From Phoronis australis (lineage: Eukaryota; Animalia; Phoronida), in contig NMRA01000568.1 of NCBI GenBank assembly GCA_002633005.1, forward strand, positions 96,577 to 160,576: a stretch of 64,000 nucleotides of DNA, given 5' to 3'. Each line of letters starts with the position of its first letter. Position 1 is the stretch's first letter. Shown here piece by piece: positions 38,490 to 52,521 of this stretch. Position numbers and translations under genes: made by a program. A model generated the notes under the pieces. That model was not told where the DNA came from, ran no database searches, and was given only the letters and a program-made list of their open reading frames with translations.

Positions 38490-40564
38490 TCAGAATTCAA
38501 AATGATAATGTAAAAAGATTGAATGTTGGTCAGCTAGAATTAAAAAAAAAATATTCAATATGCAGACGACACAGTTCTTTGCCTGGATGGTTCCAGTGAA
38601 TCGTTGAGAAATTCTCTCGGTCTTTTAGACCAGTTTCATAAATATGCGGGTATACTAAACCGAATCTAGACAAAACCCATTGAGACTCGAAAACAGACGT
38701 TTATGTGAGGACAAAAAAATTCTTGGTACACGGATTCGGTAACTGTTCTTGGGATCAGGTTCCATATGAATTTATCAAATACGATTCATTTAAACTACAA
38801 TAAAAAATCAGGGAGATTCGTAATGTTTTAACAACTTGCTCAAAGAAGTCTTTTACCCCTCCAGGACGTATTACTGTACTTATGTTCTTGGTACTTTTAA
38901 AGTTGGTTCATCTTCACTCTGCTCTCCAGACACCGCCGGATGAAATCGTTGACCTACTAGAGAGATTTCTTTACAATTTCATTTGGGAAAATAAACCAGA
39001 CAAAATCAAAAGAATAAAATTTTCAAGATTTTTCGCTTGGCGGTTGTCGGATGGTTCATTTGAGATCCTTTGTAAAATCTATTTAAAAAACTTGGTTTAA
39101 AAGATTATTATTAACTGATGATATTGCCTGGAACTGAAGCTATTCTCACACCAAATGACATATTTTTAAGAATTTTTTTCATTTTGGTAAATCATTTCAC
39201 CGAAGTTAATCCAAGCAAACAAAAAAATTGTTTTGGCAAGGAGTTTTTTAAAACTTCTTAAAACAACAGATGAAAATTTATCCGGTACTTTGGAGAATAC
39301 TAAAGATTTGATTTATTTGGAATCTCTTTGGTTTAACACAAAACTGTCAATAGCAAAAAATATTTTTTATAAACAATAGTATGGGAAAGGCATAAAGTAT
39401 ATTGATGATCTCTTAAATTCTCATGGTGAACTGATGACTTATGACCAGTTTTGCTACTTCGTTCGCTGTTTTCCCGTGGTGTGCGATANACATGGATCTG
39501 AATGGCTGACCCCCCACCTTGCCGCTTGTTGGCTGTACAGTGGTCGGTGGATCCGTGGACTGATACTTTAAGAACAGATGAAAATTTATCCGGTACTTTG
39601 GAGAATACTAAAGATTTGATTTATTTGGAATCTCTTTGGTTTAACACAAAACTGTCAATAGCAAAAAATATTTTTTATAAACAATAGTATGGGAAAGGCA
39701 TAAAGTATATTGATGATCTCTTAAATTCTCATGGTGAACTGATGACTTATGACCAGTTTTGCTACTTCGTTCACTGTTTTCCCGTGGTGTGCGATATGTT
39801 GTTCGGAATCTGTTCAGAAGTCATTCCTGTTTCGATGCATCTCAAGTTATTCTTTATCGTTCAGATTTTGCTTCGACTGCTGTTAATTGTAATAATGTAT
39901 GCAAACTGTTTATAATCCATTCATCATGTCTTTGTATAAAAACTCAACATGTAATTGCATGGGAAAGTTGTCAGATATTGCGCAGTCAGAAGAATGGCGG
40001 CATATGTGTAATATATATAATTTTACTAAGGATACAAAATTGAGGTGGTTTAAATAAGTTCGGTGTAACAAATTCACGCTTTTGTACTTTTTGTAATAGT
40101 GAGTCTGAAGATCTTGGTCACTTGTACTGGTTTTGTAAAATGGTTCAAATTTTTGGGTGATTGTAAACAACTGGATCGTATCGAAAACTGGTGAATCTCT
40201 CGAACTGAACTTACATGATGTTTTGTTTGGCAGACATGATGCGGAAAATGTTATTAATTTGGTTATATGTTTGGTTAAATATCATATTTATAAAACGAGA
40301 GTAAACTCTAGTGTTCCATGTTTGCAGCTACTCAAAATAAAACTCTCAAAATATCGCAAGCTTGAAAAGGTAATCTTCTATAATAATTGCCAATATGACT
40401 TATTCGTTGAAAGATGGACCCATGTGATTCATCTATTTGTTTAGTTTTCGTCTTTTATAATATTCTGATCCAGGGTGTGCTTGGGATGTATGTATGCCTG
40501 CATGTATGTGTTTTCCTACTTTTTGTACTGTGAAATATTTTGTTCAAATAAATATATGAAAAAA
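38490..40564 (+). pseudogene. 5'-truncated L1/Tx1-clade LINE ORF2 3' half, heavily decayed
   Basis: QYADDTVLCLDG (~38556), FLYNFIWENKPDKIKR, LWFN, and C-terminal INLVICLVKYHIYK. Ends with aataaa and an A-tract at ~40547-40564. Confidence 0.82.
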
Positions 40565-42247
40565 GGATTCTCCATTCGGCCTTGGATTGCAACTATTCTC
40601 ACGTGGCAATAGTGCAGATGTGAGCGCGTGCAAGCTTCAAATGACGCACAGGTTGCATCATTGATAGTTCATGGTTGCAGTCCCGTGACATGATTAGAAC
40701 AGCACACGTATAAGCTGTCAAGTTCTGCGTCAGAGAGCAATTAATTAGTTGTTTGATGAAATAAAAGTTCAAAAAACTAATTCAGGTGTGTTTTTGTGTT
40801 TGGGAATGTTTATGTTCGAGACTCCGTGACCCGATGAATTGTCAACGTTAGGTTTAGTGCGGCTCTCTTATCTCGAACGCCCAGAGCCGCTCATTTGCCG
40901 TTACCTGAAACGCTACGCAAGGAAGTTAAGAATCGTGGTGTAAGCGGAGTCGTTAATCAAAAATTGCTACAAAGGCATTACTCAACAACAGGTGTTTGCC
41001 TATTAATATCTTAAGAAAAAGATACTAATGACTTTGACTGGAGTTGAGTTTAGTAAACTCGTACAGCCGGGGGGGTCCCAGGGAAAAAATAATTCGTACA
41101 CGTATCCGCGTCGGGAAAAATAACTTGTAGACAGAGCGTCGAGTAATCGGCACCGGCGGTTTGCTATACCACTAAGTTAGTGGCGAGCTTTAAAACCAGC
41201 GAGTACGCGAATGTTCGGTGTCGGTTGTAATCAACCGGGACTCAGCGCTCGAGATGACTAGCTGCAGGTCACATGTGTGACCTGAAAGTCGGATATGCAA
41301 GCCGAGACTTTAGACATCCCGTATCAAGTCGCAAAATGCGACCTGTAAGCTCCTGAGTACACAAGCCCAGTTTTTGGTGTCAAGCTGATACCTGGCAAAC
41401 ATGTCGTGCGAATCCGGACGTTATATTATGGTTGTAGCGTAATCAAGTTGAACACTAACGAACACCCCTCTTCAATGAGTTGTAAACATGTCGCGTGAAC
41501 ATGGGATATTTTAGAACTGATCTTTGATGCGTTTCACTGGCTAGTTCTGTCGGCTACTTTTGAAATTTTTAAGATGCGCCGAAAAGACGTTCCGAGTGGC
41601 AGTTGACTTACTAAACTGAGGATGTGTAACAGCAATCTGGGAACGCAGATAATTCAATCGCTCAAAATGATTTCCAATTAAAACGTTACAGTTGATAATA
41701 ACCAACTCTTAATCTCTCTGCCATACTAAGCCTTTTCAACCTTTCTCCTGCCGCTCGCTCTCCATTTTTAACTTCTTGAGGGTGTTTGAACTAAGAATTC
41801 TACTTAATCTCCAGATTGCGTATGCGTGAACTTGGAATTAAATATCCATTTTAGCAATCAGGTGAAATTTTCGTTCAGTGCAAAGAATTTTTTGTAATTA
41901 TTGACCTCACGATCACCCACTTTCTTCTGCACCGGAATTTGTGACGTAGAATCGGAGGAATACGTGGATGTTTAATAAACTATTGCTTGGTGAATAAGAT
42001 CGTCAATTGTTAAAAGAAACTATACAGACTGGTTAAATTTAAAGTTTCTCGGGTATTCCAATTTCGCGCAAGTGCAATCTTGAGATCAAGCAAAATTCTA
42101 AGCTCAAGCATGCGACAGGATTTGACAACACTGTGTTCCTCAGCAATCGCCGAATTTCGATTGACACTTTGTCGGCCATCTTTTTAGAGGTGCAGTTCAT
42201 TTAGACTAAGAATTGAGCTAAAATTCTGTATTAAATTCAGTTTATTT

Positions 42248-42720
42248 TAAAGAGGCATGGGACGTGAAAGCTCGTCAAAACTGACGAAAGTTCCATCCAG
42301 CAATGTCTAGAACAGAGAAATTCACTGTCCCCTTTGAAGAAATTTTCAGAAAAAATCACAAATTTCACGATTTTCGAAATACACGCATGCGCTTATAGTT
42401 AGTTGTTTGAAGTCACTAGAGGTTAAAGGTCACGTTTTCCTTATAAGGGAAATGTGCTACGTATAATAAGTTTCGATACCAAATAAGGAGACGAGCTTCG
42501 CCTTGTGAGAGAAAAAGCGATGCAGATGACAGATTGCTTTTTGACATTTGAAACTGAAAGAAAATAAAACAGAAATTAAAAATCTTCAAGAACAGATCCT
42601 AAAAATACTTGGTGAGTTAGTTGAATTCTGTTTCAGTGGCAGAGAATCACTTCCAGTATTGCAATTTAGTCTGTTTATGGCGTCCCAGGTCTCTTTAAAA
42701 AAAATCGACGTCATGTTCAA
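42248..42720 (+). mobile_element. Copy of the dispersed family seen at 972
   Basis: ttaaagaggcatgggacgtgaaagctc...gtttgaagtcactagaggttaaaggtcac...ccaaataaggagacgagc. Right boundary uncertain. Confidence 0.6.
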
Positions 42721-44097
42721 AGAGCATTATTTGGACTTAGGTTTCGAATGAAATGGTTTGCGTTAAGATCCGTTTGATGAAGCTTTTAACAAAAAATGAA
42801 GCAATATAGTATCTTGAAAAAGTTTGCAGAAATAGCTTCATATGACGTATTGTCTACCTGTGATAAATTTATTCTGTCCTAATGCTTTCCTAGGACAATA
42901 ATCCAGTTTTCTCCTTTTACCTTACAATTGACATATTTCGCGAGACAGATGAAAGCGTATAAAAGAAGATGAATGACATATACAAGTTAGCGATCCATCA
43001 TCATTGTTAAATCTCGTGTTACATACAGTAGCTTTCAACAAAAACACGGAAATGTTTGGATTCGGACATGACTCCGCAGTACCGCGCAGGCCTACATGTA
43101 CAGAACTACGAAATTTCGCAAAATGTAAATGTTTTTTGGGGGCGACAATATGTGCCATCACGTCACCGTATATATTGTAGCACTCCAAGCACACCGTCGC
43201 CATATGCGGCAATATATGCAAAGAACGCCGACGCAGTATTGTCGCCCAGGCGACAGTTTGCGTCGATGTTGACGGCATATATTGTCACCTGCACAACAAT
43301 ATACGTCGAGCCCAAAATATAGCACTACATCCGGGTATATTTTAGGAAGTCTTGGATCAAAATTGCACCAGCAATTAAACGCAGGATTTTCTCGGACGGC
43401 GTTTGAAACCGGCGTTTGACGCCTACGCAGTTATTTCTGTTAACATAGTGAAGTGGGGACATTTGTGAGGATGAAGTAAGCAACACTTGGCCTCAGAACC
43501 CACATGATATTACTCAAAATAACTCATTTCAGATAGCAACACATGTTATTTTAGTGTCATGATAGCAAGTGGCTTGAATGGAGGATATTTTTGCAGTGGC
43601 TAAAATCATGAAAAAGAAACACTTTCTGACATCGTCACACTTGTAAGTGTAAAACTAGCTCTAAGTCCCCTTAAAGAACGTATTTAGCAGTGAAGAACGT
43701 TTAAAAACCTGACTGAGAACCCAAACGTCGCAAAATGACACATTTTCAACAATTTGAGCATTTTCATACACACAGGGAAAGAGTTTTAAGTATTTAAACA
43801 CGCTGTGTTTAGTGATTTACGCGAATTGGTTTTCAGGAGTTAAAGAAAACAGTAAAGTGAACTTTGGATAAGTTCTTAGGCAGACTTTGATAATTGTATT
43901 GTGAAAACAGTAAAGCAGCATTTTGTCCTGATTAGCTGTCAAAAATCGAAAATCGAATTAGGGGTTTTACTATTACTATGTTATTGGTCTCAACAGTATT
44001 CCAGTATTGTCTATTTCGAACCTTTTCGCTGTCCATGAAAAGTGCACTTGATTACTTCACATAAATTACACAAAGTTATGTTGTTTTGTTATTCTTG

Positions 44098-44159
44098 TTA
44101 TCATCATCGATGTCATCATCATCCAACTATATTCACCGTCATCGTCATCATCATCGTCG

Positions 44160-44196
<37 letters not shown>

Positions 44197-44240
44197 TGTC
44201 ATCATCATCATTATCAACATCGTCATTATTTTCATAATCA
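44098..44240. repeat. (CAT)n microsatellite
   Basis: Imperfect cat/cgt triplet run; the source of the poly-I and poly-H ORFs. Confidence 0.9.
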
Positions 44241-44559
44241 CCTAGATTGCATTACAGTTAATGCTTGCGTGATTGTCTCCTTGTTCAATCCAACTCAAGA
44301 CCTCTTTGTTGATTGCTTCCTTTCTGATTTGCGCAAAGGTTACAGGGAAAATGGTAGTGTTCGCAGGAGATTCGCAGCAACGCACTTGTAGGTTTAGTAA
44401 TGGGCATGGGGGTGACAACTAGAGTGACCAAAAAGACAGTTATGTTCAAAGCAGGTTATAAAGTTTGATTGACACTTGCAGACGTAGTAGCGTGAAAATT
44501 AAGCTATACATCATCAGATTTCAGCAACAAGTGAATGAGTAAATGTAGTGTGGTAAAGA

Positions 44560-44960
44560 AAATGAAATTCGCGCGAATGAAAAACTGTGGTTACCACAGA
44601 GTTTCCAATGTTCCTCCCAATTATGTTAAATGCTCGCACGCGCTCACAGTCAGTTGCTTGAAGTCGCTTGAGGTCAAATGTCACATTTTTCATATAAGGG
44701 AAATTGCTATGTCTATGTCTTGCCACACCAAATAACGAGACGTGCTTTGCCTTGTGGAGAAAAGTCGACGAAGTGGCAAGCAGTTGACGGATCGTTTTTT
44801 TAACTTTTAAACTAATAGAAAATGCTTTGATATTAACAGAAATTAAAAATCTTTACGAAGAAAGTTCTAAAAATACCTAATGAGCAGCTTGAATTTTGCT
44901 TCAGTGGGAGAGAACCACTTTCATTGTTGTAATTAAGTCTGATTATCGCGTTCCAGAACA
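44560..44960 (+). mobile_element. Copy of the dispersed family seen at 972 and 42248
   Basis: aaaactgtggttaccacaga...cgctcacagtcagttgcttgaagtcgcttgaggtcaaatgtcacatttt...ggcaagcagttgac; continues in parallel with 42540-42690. Confidence 0.6.
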
Positions 44961-46799
44961 TTAACAGCAAGCCCTTTGGGGAAACTTACCGGTTTTGGTA
45001 TTATTTTGGCCAAAAAGGAAAATCTCACAAATGGCGCTTTTTACAGTTGGCTAAAAATTGTTAAACAATCTGCATGATTGACTGGCTGAAGACAACTGTT
45101 ACATATATGGTATTTCACTCGTTAAATATATTTATGTGAGCATATGGACTCGCCTTACTCCTTTTCCCCCTCACCTTGGTCTATTCCATTATTCCCTCGT
45201 GCAGGACTACACGACGTTTTTCCAGCCTTCGCATTGGCCTGTTGTTATCACGTGCCTCGAGTTTGGTCAGCTCTTGGCTCTTATAGGCTGATGATTGTCA
45301 CGTGTCTTTAGGGGCGCTTTTTATTGCCCATCTTACCAGAGATTACCTATTATACTTATTTACCCGTATTCATTTTACTGTAATTGTACTAGTCATAATA
45401 AATGACCTTATATCGCCTACATCAGTCTCCTTTCATCTCTGGTAACGAGCTTGCGACGCACGTATCATTTATCTATTATCCGGGACATATGTCGATCATA
45501 AATGAGCATTCAAAGACTAGATGTGCTAAACTGGACTTACAGAAATGCAGGGTATCCCAAAATGTACTCACACTTCAAACTACAATAACTGCCTTGTTAT
45601 AACTGCCTTGTTTATTGAGATCGCTGTTTTAAATCCATAACTAGTTATCACCAACACGAATACAAACATGTCCCATATTCGCAAATTCACGGTTTTAGGG
45701 TTGACCAATCCCAATGAAGTCTGAAGTGTTTCCTTGAGTCACTAATGGTTTAACATTCCTTCTTGGGACGAAAGCAGACCGGTGGGTACGAGAGGCAATT
45801 CCGTTTTTGTTTTGGCTAGGTAAAGAGGGTGCAATGCAGCTTTAGATAACCGTAAACACGTAAAGTTTTATGCAACACAGCCAGATTACTTTGGAGACCT
45901 GCATCAAAACACAACCCTTTCTCAACATAACACTATTCCAAAGGAAAAACTGATCACCAACTTTCAATACACCACATTTGCGCGTTTACGCAGGACAAAG
46001 GCCAAAATATAGGGTTTTTTTTGGAAATCGAGTCGGTTGTGTGTTATTGTTTATAGTTGTCCACTTCAAAAGTCCATCTGAAACGATAAAAATGGTGGCA
46101 ATTCACGGTGTTTTAAACCTTGCTTGCCAGTGTTCATTTGTGTTTATCCAGTTTTCAAAAACACGAGACCATGGCTGAAATTACTGCGGATGTTATTTAT
46201 TTTTGTCGGTAAGCACAGCCCTCAAAGTGAATGGTGCGCTAGACAACCAGCCTTTACGTATGTCAGCAGATAACGGACAGTATTTACAACATGTGAACAC
46301 TGGTTAACCATGTCGACAATTTTGACTCCAACGTTTTCGTGCCACCCGAGTGGATAGTCAACGTTTTAACGTTAAGATCAATTCCACGAGAAAAACAAAA
46401 GAAATCAAAAATCACTCTAGGAGTCATCTTCCAGATTTAGCTTAAACTTTGTTTAGATCGTGGTGTGGCGCTGATACAAAAATCACCAATTTTGCACTTA
46501 TTGACTTTTTAATTTTTACATAGGTCTTCAAAAGTTCACGAAGAATATGACACGTTTTTGCATACCAAAAACAGCAACAGGTAAATTGCATGCAATGGGA
46601 GAAAACACATAGTGGTATTAGGAAATAGGACATAATAGCTATCAAATAAAATTCATGATCGAAATATGTCCCGAATAATATATAATAGTTCGTGCGTCAC
46701 AAGCTGGTTACCAGAGATGAAAAGGAGGCCGAGGTAGGTAATATAAAGTCATTTGTTATGACTAATACAATTAAGAGTAGCAGGTAGTGACTTAATATA

Positions 46800-47515
46800 A
46801 GTAAGGTAAAAAATAATAATCTCTGGTAAGAGTTGGCAAAAAGCGCCGGCCACGTGGACGTACTTGAGAATGCCGAAAACGGGGATGGCAGGGGGTGGCC
46901 GGCCGGAAAATTTAAGAAGTTTTACTAGGCCGCCGTCGACGAAGTCGGAACGAAGGTGAACTGAAAATGAGGTTACAATAACAATGTGAATTCCTAAGGA
47001 CACGTGACAATGGTCAGCCTATGAGAGCCTAGAGCTGACCAAAGGAGTCGACGTTTATGGGGGGTGGGAAGGGGTTGGAGTGGAGGACGATTTGCGGCAA
47101 GATTTGAGAGGGTGCTTGCCATTGCAGGAGGAACAGGCGTGGAGGTAGGGACACTGGGATGGGTGTTTGGAGCAGGTGCTGGAGTTGTAGGACCAGCAAT
47201 AGCCGGGGACAGGGCGGGAGAAAGGGGATCGGGCGGAGGACTGTTGGGACCTGAAGGAGGTTTGAACCCACAGCTCCTGATTGATGGTGTGCCAGCTGGG
47301 GATACGTGAATAGAAGAGCGAAGTTTGCGGAACTGCTGGTCGTAAAACATGGAATGGTGGAATCCGAAATGGAGTAAGACGGGTCCATATGCTCACATAA
47401 ATATATTTAACGAGTGAAATACCATTTAAACTAACAATTTCGCTGCATTCATCACGTGACAGGGGAGATAAATCCGGAGACACTTTTTCTATAGTGTTGA
47501 AAGTGGGTGTCACTC
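46800..47515 (-). pseudogene. Relic of a tyrosine-recombinase retrotransposon (DIRS/Ngaro-like gag zinc finger region)
   Basis: YDQQFR followed by (frameshift) PSWHTINQELW...YCWSYNSSTCSKHPSQCPYLHACSSCNGKHPLKSC. Downstream IPVFGILKYVHV weakly recalls the YR CPV..L..Y motif. Confidence 0.6.
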
Positions 47516-47835
47516 AAGTGCTTCTACAAGCTAGTTTGTGGGGCTGTTGACATTGAAAGATATGTTTATGGATAGATCTTGGATGTGTGAAGAAATTTAA
47601 GATATCTCTCGAATGGGCTTTTCTTCATTTTTTTCTCTAAAAATGCCTCAGTATTGCGTAGTTTTCATTTTTTTAATTTTTTTTTGTGACTTCAATACAT
47701 TTAAAATGGTTTCAAGATGATATAACTAATGAGAATCAAGCTTTCTGATATAATATCCATTTCACCCATTAAGCATTCATAACTGACAGTGGGTCAGATG
47801 TTACGCAGGCACAGGCGAGGACATATTTGCCTTAA

Positions 47836-49061
47836 AGGAGGATGCCACCCGATTTAATTGGTCATTTTTGCCGTCTTAATTGGTCTATATCCACAGCGCC
47901 TCGAATACGGTCGACCTTATACCTTGCCAAGAGGTGTCGCGTTAACCTGTGAGGAAGGTGAGAAACGACGCTAGCGACGTCAGTGGTTCATCTGCAGAGT
48001 GAATGCCGCTATGTTGCGATGCATCGTTCCCGCTTGTCCGAACTATGCAGCTGCGAGGAAAGCGGGTTTATCGTTTTTTTTTCGACTTCCTCGAGAGTCC
48101 GAAATACTTAGAAAGTGGCTCGTGGTAGTGAAGAATGAAAAGTACGCTGTAAATAGCAAGTATGAGGCCGTCGAAACATCTCCGTGTCTCAGGTGTCTCA
48201 GTGGCCAGCAGTCGTCGACAGTGCCGGACGAATTCCGGCTTACCAAATAACTATCCGTACGTTCCGTTGTCTGAGCTTGTTCACGCCGCCTCTTCATCAC
48301 TGTATTCCTGTTCGAATTGATAGCCTGTGAAACTTAACGATATACCTGCGAAGTCTTCGTCGGGTTCAACTGGTGAGCTCTCGTCCGTCTTAGTCACACG
48401 GGATTGCCGTCATTGCCATGTTGATGTTTGTTACTGAGCGTTCTGTTTCAAAATGAACTATTCTCACCCTAACCAATGCTTATCTAAAACTTAAACAAAG
48501 TCTGCCTTATTAGATGCAATTTGTAATGCCTTTGGAGGGTTCGTGAGTGCAAATGATTTGAGAAGCAGTGAAGAAATCACTGCGTTACCGGCTTTAGGCC
48601 CAATAAAACTAATTGACGGGACACCGAGGCCGTGTGAGCTCACATAACGCTTAATCGTCGTGAGAGACCGTCCGGAGTTGGTAGATGCTGCAACTCGGGA
48701 TGGTCTGGGGTCTACAGAAAACCACAGTTCAACTGTGAGTCTACACCAATGTGATACTGAAACGAGTAGTTCTACTTGCTGCGTCAGCTGCTGGTATGCT
48801 TATCTCTTTTATGACACACAATGTGTGACTGGGCAAAGCGTTTTCAAAATAATGTGGATAAATCAGTGGAGTGTGAGACCCCTGAGGTCCCTGTCGAGTC
48901 CTCACGCCACTGAATTTTACGTTATGATGCTAATTTAAGTGTTTGCTGGCAAAAACTGTTGTGAAACAACTCAGTCGATTTCCATCCCACGGCCTGGTGT
49001 TAGGGGAATCTTTATTTGCATTTACATACAAATTAGGTTGTTTTTTGGGTGGCATGCTCCT
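47836..49061 (+). mobile_element. Non-autonomous Kolobok-like DNA transposon with THAP relic (copy 1)
   Basis: TTAA on both sides (47832-35, 49062-65); TIR aggaggatgccaccc / gggtggcatgctcct. Internal MLRCIVPACPNY...FFFRLPRESEILRKWLVVVK has a THAP-like C-x4-C...F..P...W pattern, then frameshifts. Confidence 0.85.
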
Positions 49062-49208
49062 TTAAGCCAATAGGCCTATCCAAAACGGTTGACGTCCTTG
49101 GAGACAATTTTTAGTCTGACATAAATAATTCGTGTGACTTTTAATAACTGAAATATTCCGATTTGTGCAATATTTCAAGAAGGCCATTAAGCAATTCTTT
49201 AGAATTTT

Positions 49209-49254
49209 AATGAACCGTTCTCAAGCACTTAAAAGTGCTTGAGAACGGTTCATT
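49209..49254. repeat. Perfect 22-bp-arm palindrome
   Basis: aatgaaccgttctcaagcactt-aa-aagtgcttgagaacggttcatt. Confidence 0.9.
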
Positions 49255-50086
49255 CTGTATTGCTGAAATTAGTAATTGTGGCAAAAGGTTGTTAGGATCA
49301 TTTTAGTATTCATATTAGTTTGTACTGAGATTACATTGCTAGATGTTAAGCCTTGGCTACAATGACAGTTTGATACCCCTGCGTCCATTATTTTAAGAGA
49401 TATCATTGTTATCTCTTATATGGGAGAGTGACAATAAGTGACAGTTTCCGTTTTGGGTGGAATCGATTAAACGATTAGCATCCGGTAAAACTCATGCACG
49501 CACCCAGCCTAAAATATAGGGGGTCTCGAATCCTTCGATATGCGGACCTTTTAATTTACTGAAGAAAATCAACGAGGACTAAAAAAACGATTCCACTAGG
49601 TTCAGGCCTTCCGCGCCGAATTCCTGAGGACTTGTGAACTTTTGTCTCGTTTAACAGGAATTTTTGTTTCACTGAGGCGGACCTTTTTGCCCAATTCGCC
49701 CGACCCCCCNGACCATGAATAAAAATCCAAAACTCAGGCAACGGGCACAGCATCGATTAGCAGCAGAGGTTAGATTTATGAATGGTTTCCAAAATGTCAA
49801 AACTGTCACGTCGCAGTCGGGCCGCCGATGACCCGACGTTGGTCCGACTGCCGACTATACCGACGACGGTACGACCCGTGGGGCCGAGCGGAAATACGAC
49901 CCTTTACTGACGTCGCACCAATTCAATTCCAACCACTTATCAACGTCCCGCCACACTGCAAGCGATTGTTTACAGACGTCACACCAACTTAGAGGCTACT
50001 TTTCGCCAACGTTGCACCAACTAAGAGGCAACTGTTTGCCCGCCGTCGCACCAACTTAAAGGCGACCGTTTGCCAACGTCGCAGCG

Positions 50087-50219
50087 ACCTTCGACTTTTC
50101 AGCCACCTGGTTTTCCCGCATGCTCCCATAGAGGACATACATGTACTGATTTAACGATTAAATCAGTATGTCATCTATGGGAGCAATCGGAAAACGCAAG
50201 TGGTTAAAAAGTCGCAGGT
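50087..50219. repeat. Imperfect fold-back (~60-bp arms) preceded by ~31-bp degenerate tandem repeats (49910-50085)
   Basis: cgacttttcagccac...tgctcccatagaggacatac...tgatttaa / ttaaatcagtatgtcatctatgggagca...gtggttaaaaagtcg. Confidence 0.75.
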
Positions 50220-50989
50220 AGGTTTTGGCCAAATTAGCTGAAGTAAGAAGTGGAAAACAAAAACGACGCTAGAGTGCAACATGTGAACAACGTTTCGATA
50301 TCAATCAAAAGTAATCCTCAGGCGACGGATTTGATTACCCTAGAAATATATTTGCAAAATTAATGAAGACCCTTTGTGAGGCCGCATACTGCCCGCAGTC
50401 AGACCCTGTAAAATACTTGACGGTATTGTCCTTTCTATCGGCTGTTGCTTGAAAAAAAACAAAAAGCCCAATTTTATTTTCTTAAACAGCAAAAGGATGG
50501 AAAATATTGGAAATCACCAACACCCCGCAAACTGGCCCTCAGAGCACCCAGTCAGAAATGGCTAAAAAGCACTAAAGACACAAAATTGGGCAAAATTTAC
50601 CGAAGTTTGACACTCCAGTAAAGTTAAATGGAAACTCCTTTAAAAATGCGAACACTCTCTACTGACAGAGAGGTTCAATGTCTTCATTAACATCATAAAG
50701 ATTTTTTTCTTTCCCGCTGTTTTAAAACAACTTCAAAAACTGAACCTATTTAAACCAAAAATGGGCACGTTTAGGCCAAAATATTTATGATGCTCTAACT
50801 CCAAAAATAATGGCCCAAGAAATTTTCAATTAACATTATGAACATATCTCACCAGGATGTTTGAACACGCATTTTTTTCACGATCTGAGTCGATGCTCCT
50901 AGAGTCGACCTTTTGGTGCTCTCGTGGAATGACAGTGTAAACGCCGCCTATTGCTCTGGGTACGAACATGGCATTATCTCCCGTGAAGG

Positions 50990-51074
50990 AGTCTCTCTCA
51001 CGCTATAAATAGAATATCTCTGCGCATAAATAAACAGCCATTTTTAAAAGGCTCGCTTGTAGTCACTGGTAAGT
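50990..51074 (+). promoter_or_regulatory. Putative MRAS core promoter and non-coding first exon
   Basis: TATAAATA at ~51005 and a strong donor ctg|gtaagt at 51068/51069. A candidate acceptor tacattgcag at ~51401 lies upstream of the ATG. Inferred only. Confidence 0.4.
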
Positions 51075-51541
51075 GTTTTCTTGTTTTTTGTACTTGTGAC
51101 GCTTAATGTTATTGTGTTTAAGAGACATTTCTTAGCGATGTTGGTTTGCCTCATTCACTGTAGGGTATATGTAAGCACCGTGGAGCATTCGATTTGTCGA
51201 AATTAATGAAATGATTAATAATGCCGGTGATTAAGGCTCTCTCCTTCTCCCTCTCGTCATTCATTCATTAGTTTCAACACCGGACAGCGCAATCCACGAT
51301 CCACGACGAAAAAGCCCATCCACCCCCNNNNCCCCCCCCCCCCCAAGATATGACCAAAACTGTATCACGAACCGGCCCTTTGAAAATTGTATACATTGCA
51401 GATCACTGGTTGTGAAAGGAAAGGCATGAAAATGTACGCAATTCACCTGAAGCTGACATAAAAGGCATCGCTTACCGTTGGAACAGCTAACAAGCAGGTT
51501 TGCAGTGCACAATTGTCAACATTCACTTGCCAGTATTCAAG

Positions 51542-51728
51542 ATGTCAAAGCCTTTGAGTGACAACGTGATCAAGTACAAGTTGGTGGTCGTGGGGGATGG
51601 AGGGGTGGGCAAAAGTGCGCTTACAATACAGTTCTTTCAAAAGATGTTTGTGCAGGACTATGATCCAACCATTGAAGACAGTTACATTCAACACAGCGAG
51701 GTCGACGGAAAGTGGTGTGTTCTGGATG
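51542..51728 (+). CDS. MRAS: Ras-related protein M-Ras, coding exon 1
   Basis: [51 protein letters not shown]...; [17 protein letters not shown] is M-Ras-typical; donor G|gtgagt. Confidence 0.93.
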
Positions 51729-52075
51729 GTGAGTGATTATCATGTTTCAGTAACGGTTTTGTGCAAAGAAAGTTATCACTCAGTTGTCAATATCTTGCAG
51801 TTTGTACTGTTATTTCACATTTATAAGTGAACATTTTGCGCGGTCACAGTAACTTGTAGGCTTCCTGTACTTTGAGAACCAGTTTCATGTCCGTTATTCA
51901 GTTGTGTTGGAAACAGTCAATAAGGTGTAATAAATAAGATGTGAATACTGCCAACATGAAAGGCTAATAATTATTGCCATCTGTGAGTTGTCACTATACT
52001 ATAACTGATTAATATTATTTATTTATATTCTGTCGTTGTCGTGTAATCTTTCTCATCTCTTGAATTTTGCTTCAG

Positions 52076-52229
52076 TCCTAGACACAGCTGGACAAGAAGA
52101 ATTCAGTGCAATGCGTGAACAATACATGAGAAAGGGTGATGGCTTCCTTCTGGTGTATTCCGTGACAGACAAGCAAAGTTATGAGAATATACGTAACTTC
52201 TACACTCAAATTCTGAGAGTCAAAGACAG
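52076..52229 (+). CDS. MRAS: M-Ras coding exon 2
   Basis: ttcag / gtttgt; [32 protein letters not shown]...ILRVKD. Confidence 0.95.
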
Positions 52230-52521
52230 GTTTGTTGTTGATTTCTTTTACAGTGAACTACATGAGGTGAATATGTTTTAGGATTTTGCTGCCTTAACAG
52301 GTTCAACGTATATGCAGGTCGGGTTTATGTGGGTCTCTCTCATTAGAACTCTGAAGAGACAGACCCGCACAAATCCATTCACTGCGTGGTTGTTCTAGTT
52401 GACTTCTCAGATAGGTCTTTACTAGTTGTGTTCTCTTGTTAGACATGTTATCTGATGTTGTGATGTAGGGCTAATGCTGTTGCGAATCATGGCTTACTGC
52501 TGGTGGTTTATTCTGTTTCAG

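Noticed and set aside
39265-39796. ~224-bp direct duplication inside the Tx1/L1 fragment
   Set aside because: The copies are nearly identical and straddle an N at 39489; most likely a contig-overlap or haplotype artefact.
44042-44391. Poly-His and poly-Ile ORFs
   Set aside because: They are translations of a (CAT)n microsatellite, with no splice or domain support.
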